In this document: in pieces, positions 6,851 to 10,800 of the stretch
How the letters are laid out: each line of letters opens with the position of its first letter
Position numbering within the stretch: the first letter of the stretch is position 1
Assembly: GCA_044222065.1 (NCBI GenBank)
Contig: JBGAOA010000098.1
Coordinates: forward strand, 1-10,800
DNA from: Candidatus Eiseniibacteriota bacterium
GTDB lineage: Bacteria > Eisenbacteria > RBG-16-71-46
Direction of reading: 5' to 3'
DNA: 10,800 bases
The notes under the pieces: model-generated
Database searches by the model: none
What the model was told of the DNA's origin: nothing
What the model saw: the letters and a program-made list of their open reading frames with translations, nothing else
Program-made: the position numbers and the translations under genes

Positions 6851-6864
6851 GCGCGGCTCAGCGC
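6844..6864. repeat. Perfect 9-bp inverted repeat containing both convergent stop codons
   Basis: GCGCTGAGC-GCG-GCTCAGCGC. The TPR gene TGA is at 6848-6850 and the abgT stop (TCA on +) is at 6858-6860. Confidence 0.6.
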
Positions 6865-8393
6865 AACAGCAGGCCTACGCCCGGGCCGATCGGCCAGCCG
6901 AGCGCGAAGAACAGCAGCAGCAGACCGGTCCAGAACACGAGGAAGACGATCGAGTAGGGCAGCATGAGCGACAGCAGCGTGCCGGTGCCGGCGCGCGGCA
7001 CGTAGCGCTGCGTGCACGCGAGCACGAACGGCAGGTACGGCATGCACGGCGTGATGATGTTCGTCGACGAGTCGCCGACGCGGAACACGGCCTGCGTCGC
7101 CTCGGGCGTGAAGCCGAGCAGCACGAACATCGGCACGAACACGGGTGCGAGGATCGCCCACTTCGCCGACGCCGACGTGATGAACAGGTTGAGCAGCGCC
7201 GCGAACAGCACGAAGCCCACGAGCAGCGGCGCGCCGTGGAGGCCCATCGCGCGCAGCGTGTCGGCGCCCCGGATCGCGAACACGGCGCCGAGGTTCGACC
7301 AGCCGAACCACGCGACGAACTGCGCCGCGACGAACGCGAGCGCGAGGAAGCCGCCCATCGTCGCGAGCGTGTCGCCCGTCATCTTCGCGACGTCGCGATC
7401 GCTGCGGATGCGGCGCGTCGCCATGCCGTAGGCGAGCCCCGGCACGAAGAACACGAGGAACACGATCACGACCATGCTGTCGAAGAACGGCTTGAGCCGC
7501 TCGAGCGCGCCGCCGGCGTCGAGCCGGAGCGGCGACGCGGGGCCGAACACCATCAGCGCGAGCAGCGCGAGCGTGCCGGCGAGCGACGCGAACGCGGCGA
7601 CGAGCCCGCGCGACTCCTCGCGCGTGAGCGGCGCGATGCCGGTCGCCTGTCCGGCGCCCTCGTACGGCCCGAGCCGCGGCTCGACGACACGCTCGGTGAT
7701 CCACGTGCCGAGCACCGTGAGCAGCGGCGTCGCGGCGATCATGAACCAGTAATTGCCGAGGATCTGCACCGAGTACCCGGGCAGCAGCTTGGAGGCCGTG
7801 ACGGCTTCCTGCGTGAAGCCCGCGAGCAGCACGTCGAGCGCGGACGGCAGCAAGTTCGCGCTGAAGCCGCCCGTGACGCCGGCGTACGCGGCGGCGATGC
7901 CCGCGAGCGGATGCCGGCCGGCGGCGACGAACAGCAGCGCCGCGATCGGCGGCAGCACGACGATGCCGGCATCGGCGGCCAGGTTCGCGTTGACCCCGAG
8001 GAACACGATCGCGGCCGTGAGCAGCGCGGGCGGGATGCGGAGCGCGATCGCGCGCAGCGACACGGCGACGAGTCCCGTCGCTTCCGCGACGCCGATGCCG
8101 AGCATCGCGACGAGCACCGTCCCGAGCGGCGCGAATCCGGTGAAGTTCTTCACGGCCTCGGTGAACATGCGGCGCACGCCATCGCGTTGGAGCAGGTTCA
8201 CGACCTCGATCGTCGAACCGTCGCGCGGATGCACGGCCGTCACGCCGAGGTTCGCCGCGGCCCACGAGGCGAGCGCGACGAGCGCCGCGAAGCACGCGAA
8301 CAGCGTCACGGGATCGGGCAGCCGGTTGCCGAGCGTCTCGAGCGCGTCGAGCACGGCGGCGAGGCGCGAGCGGCTCGCGGAGTCGGCGGCCAT
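6858..8393 (-). CDS. abgT: AbgT family transporter (p-aminobenzoyl-glutamate transporter / YdaH / MtrF-like)
   Basis: 511-aa polytopic membrane protein with LETLGNRLPDPVTLF, VKNFTGFAPLGTVLVAMLGIGVAE, GRHPLAGIAAAYAGVTGGFSAN, SASAKWAILAPVFVPMF and RVGDSSTNIITP. Confidence 0.95.
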   Translation of the reverse strand: MAADSASRSRLAAVLDALETLGNRLPDPVTLFACFAALVALASWAAANLGVTAVHPRDGSTIEVVNLLQRDGVRRMFTEAVKNFTGFAPLGTVLVAMLGIGVAEATGLVAVSLRAIALRIPPALLTAAIVFLGVNANLAADAGIVVLPPIAALLFVAAGRHPLAGIAAAYAGVTGGFSANLLPSALDVLLAGFTQEAVTASKLLPGYSVQILGNYWFMIAATPLLTVLGTWITERVVEPRLGPYEGAGQATGIAPLTREESRGLVAAFASLAGTLALLALMVFGPASPLRLDAGGALERLKPFFDSMVVIVFLVFFVPGLAYGMATRRIRSDRDVAKMTGDTLATMGGFLALAFVAAQFVAWFGWSNLGAVFAIRGADTLRAMGLHGAPLLVGFVLFAALLNLFITSASAKWAILAPVFVPMFVLLGFTPEATQAVFRVGDSSTNIITPCMPYLPFVLACTQRYVPRAGTGTLLSLMLPYSIVFLVFWTGLLLLFFALGWPIGPGVGLLLR

Positions 8394-8577
8394 GGGAGTC
8401 GTTCTCCGGACGGAAGCGGACGGCGAAGGCCGCGCACTCTAGCCCGCCGCTCCCCCGCCCGCGAGCCGAAAGTGACGCGTCGCCGCTCGCGGCGCTCCCG
8501 GCGCCGTCCCGCGGTCGTTCGCTCCGGCCGCCGCACGCGCCTTCGCTCGTCGCGCACCCGCCGCGCGCCGTGCCTCC

Positions 8578-8605
8578 TCAAGCGCGCGCGCGCGCGTGCC
8601 GATGA
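8578..8605 (+). promoter_or_regulatory. Possible sigma28 (FliA/WhiG)-like promoter
   Basis: TCAAG (8578-8582), 15-nt spacer, GCCGATGA (8598-8605), compared with the consensus TAAA-N15-GCCGATAA. The spacing is 1 nt longer than canonical. Confidence 0.4.
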
Positions 8606-8672
8606 CTCCGGGGCGCACCGCCGGCCGTCCCCCGTGCCGTCCGTGCGCCGGCCCAGGGAGCTTCGAACGCCC

Positions 8673-10754
8673 ATGAACTCGTTCGCCCGTCGATCCGAAC
8701 TTCGCGCCGCTTCTGTGGCGCTCGCGCTCGCGCTTTCGCTCGCGCCGCGCGCCGCGGCCGCGCCGGTGACCGCGCCCGGCGCCGGCGCGACCGCGCTCGT
8801 GCACGTGAACATCCTCCCGATGGACTCGGACCGGGCGCTGCTCGATCAGACGCTGCTCTTCCGCGAGGGCCGGATCGGCGAGATCCAGCCGTCCAAGTCC
8901 TTCAAGGTGCCGCGCGGCGCGACGGTCGTCGAGTGCGGCGGGCGCTGGCTCGTGCCGGGCCTCTACGACTGCAGCGCGCGCGTGGACGACGCGTCGCTGC
9001 CGCTGTTCGTGTCGTACGGCGTGACCGCCGTGCGCGCGACTTCGCCCGGACGGACCTCGCTGCTCGCGCTGCGCGACGCCGTCGCCGCCGGCGAGCGCAC
9101 GGGTCCGCGGCTGTTCGTCGTGGCCCCCGCGCTCGGCGGCGAGGGCGACCGCGACGCCGATCCGGTCGAATCCCCGCTCGAGGCGCGCACCGCGGTCGCC
9201 GAGGCGCGCGCGCTCGGCTTCGACGGGCTCGCGCTCGGCGCGCACGTCGCTCCGCTCGTGCACGCGACCGTAGCCGACGCGTCGCAGCAGCTCGGCGTCG
9301 CGCTGTCGGGCGCCGTGCCCGAGCGCGTCGCGCCGTCGCGCGCGCTCGCCTCGGGTCAGCGCACGCGCGAAGGCCTCGCCCCCGAGGTGAGCCTCGAGTC
9401 CGGCGAACTCGCCGTGGCCGACCCGAAGGCGCGCGCCGCCGCGATCGCGGCCTCGGGCGCCTGGATCGTGCCCGAGCTCGCCCGCCACCGCGCCCGCGCG
9501 TCGCGCGCGTCGCTCGACTCGCTGCTCGCCGCGGACGCCGTTCGCGCGCTGCCCGCCCGCACGCGCACGCGCTGGGCGCGGACGTACGGCGCCGAGGCCG
9601 CCCGGCCGGACTACGCGGGCCGCGGCGCGTGGACGTTCGTGAAGCAGCTCGAGAGCGCTGGCGCGCGCCTCGTCGCCGGCAGCGGCGCCGGCGCGCCGTT
9701 CGTCGCGCCCGGCGTTTCGCTGCTCGACGAGCTCGACGCGCTCGTCGCGTGCGGGTTCACGCCGTGGCGCGCGCTGCGCGCCGCGACGCGCGATGCGGCG
9801 GAGTGTCTCGGCGACCTCGCGACTTCGGGCACGATCGAGCCCAACAAGCGCGCCGATTTCCTGCTGCTCGACTCCGATCCCCGCCTGGGCCTCGCGGCGC
9901 TCCGCAAGCCCTCGGGCCTGTTCCTCGGCGGACGATTCCTGCCCGCCGACTCGCTGCGCGCGCGCCGCGCGCCGGCCTCCGACGCTCCGCGCAAGCGCTT
10001 CGCGCCGCTCGAGCCGCTCGCGGTGAGCAACGGCTACCGCTACGCCCGTTACGAGCTGTCGGACGGCGCGAGCGTCATCGGCGAGGAACGCCTGCTGCTC
10101 GGCCCTTCGCCCGAGGGGCTGCGACAGCTGCGCGCCCAGTGCGACGTGGACGGACCGGAGGCGACCGTGACCGAGCTGCGCGCCGACTTCGGCATCGACG
10201 GCCGCGGCACGCGCGTCCGGCTGACTCGCGACGCGGGCGGCTCGCGCTGGACGCTCGACGCGACGCGGCCCGACGCTGCGCTGTCGGCCCTGCACGTGTG
10301 GGACCCGGCGGCCGTGACGTTGCGCGGCGCGCTGCCCCGCGTCGGCGAGGTCGCGTTCACGCTGCCGCTCGCCGAGGGCGCGACGCTCGGAACGCCGGAC
10401 GTGAGCGCGGACGTCGCGTTCCCGATGGTCGCCAACTTCCAGCTGCTGCTCGACCGCGCCGACCGCCTGACGCGCGGCGCGTCCGTGCTGCTGCCGTTCG
10501 CGCGCGTCGTCGCCGACGACGAGTGCTGGGGCGCCCGGCGCGTCTGGCGCGAGTCGGTCGCGCGGATCGAACGCCTCGAGGACGTGCGGCTCCAGACCGT
10601 CGAGGGCGAGCAGGACGGCCGCAGCTACCGCGTGGAACTCGCGGCCGACCGGGACGGCTCGCCGCGCGCGCTCGTCGTGTCCGTCGGACCCGACGGACTC
10701 GTACACGAAGTGCGCGATCCGGCGCTCGGACTCGTCGCGACGCGCGTGCGCTGA
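8673..10754 (+). CDS. Exported amidohydrolase-fold protein lacking canonical metal ligands, with an extra C-terminal domain
   Basis: The real gene is the 3' part of track ORF 6228..10754. ATG at 8673 with AGGGAG upstream gives 693 aa. Signal peptide, then ALVHVNILPM, FREGRIGEI, VVECGGRWLVPGLYD, SYGVTAVR, GPRLFV, ALRAATRDAAECLG and GTIEPNKRADFLLLDSDP, all typical of the amidohydrolase (imidazolonepropionase-like) scaffold. Confidence 0.85.
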   Translation: MNSFARRSELRAASVALALALSLAPRAAAAPVTAPGAGATALVHVNILPMDSDRALLDQTLLFREGRIGEIQPSKSFKVPRGATVVECGGRWLVPGLYDCSARVDDASLPLFVSYGVTAVRATSPGRTSLLALRDAVAAGERTGPRLFVVAPALGGEGDRDADPVESPLEARTAVAEARALGFDGLALGAHVAPLVHATVADASQQLGVALSGAVPERVAPSRALASGQRTREGLAPEVSLESGELAVADPKARAAAIAASGAWIVPELARHRARASRASLDSLLAADAVRALPARTRTRWARTYGAEAARPDYAGRGAWTFVKQLESAGARLVAGSGAGAPFVAPGVSLLDELDALVACGFTPWRALRAATRDAAECLGDLATSGTIEPNKRADFLLLDSDPRLGLAALRKPSGLFLGGRFLPADSLRARRAPASDAPRKRFAPLEPLAVSNGYRYARYELSDGASVIGEERLLLGPSPEGLRQLRAQCDVDGPEATVTELRADFGIDGRGTRVRLTRDAGGSRWTLDATRPDAALSALHVWDPAAVTLRGALPRVGEVAFTLPLAEGATLGTPDVSADVAFPMVANFQLLLDRADRLTRGASVLLPFARVVADDECWGARRVWRESVARIERLEDVRLQTVEGEQDGRSYRVELAADRDGSPRALVVSVGPDGLVHEVRDPALGLVATRVR

Positions 10755-10771
10755 GGCGCGGCCGCGAACGG

Positions 10772-10800
10772 AAACGCCGCGGGGCCCGGCGAGCGCCGGG
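10772..10800. terminator. Probable terminator hairpin, truncated by the window edge
   Basis: AAAC-GCCGCGGGG-CCCGGC-GAGC-GCCGGG. A 6-bp inner stem (10785-10790 and 10795-10800) is visible shortly after the stop at 10754. The rest lies outside the window. Confidence 0.4.

Noticed and set aside
8560..8580. Strong SD-like GAGGAGG on the minus strand, suggesting a small ORF upstream of abgT
   Set aside because: No ATG, GTG or TTG at a usable distance downstream.
6228..8672. N-terminal ~815 aa of the 1508-aa track ORF, suggesting a giant fusion protein
   Set aside because: It is Arg-rich, low-information sequence, out of frame with the TPR gene and antisense to abgT. Protein-like sequence starts only at ATG 8673, which has an SD and a signal peptide.
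8439..10706. 755-aa minus-strand ORF
   Set aside because: Antisense shadow of the amidohydrolase-fold gene with no recognisable motifs. Long stop-free frames are expected at this GC content.
1..10800. CRISPR array, tRNA/rRNA, transposase or integrase, prophage, defence system
   Set aside because: No regularly spaced repeat-spacer pattern, no RNA-gene signature and no matching protein motifs. Composition looks uniformly GC-rich, with no sign of a foreign island.

Overview
Very GC-rich bacterial chromosomal DNA with ten protein-coding genes and no rRNA, tRNA, CRISPR array or mobile element that I can see. Minus strand, left half: a YedL-like GNAT running off the window edge (absent from the ORF track), a Pat/YncA-like GNAT, a RimJ/RimL-like GNAT coupled to an exported M20 (carboxypeptidase G2-like) hydrolase, a cold-shock protein, and an overlapping pair of a class I SAM methyltransferase and a polysaccharide-deacetylase-like protein. 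Right half: an exported stand-alone TPR protein (+), an AbgT-family transporter (-) and a 693-aa exported amidohydrolase-fold protein (+). The most striking observation is that this last protein appears to have lost all six canonical metal-ligand positions while remaining intact and carrying an extra C-terminal domain, which makes it a candidate pseudoenzyme. Also notable are an intrinsic terminator between the best promoter candidate and the csp gene, a structured leader in front of the GNAT pair, and a 13-bp direct repeat between divergent promoters. The window reads as a mosaic of small transcription units, and I cannot support one unified novel system. All family calls come from recognising motifs by eye; no searches were run.
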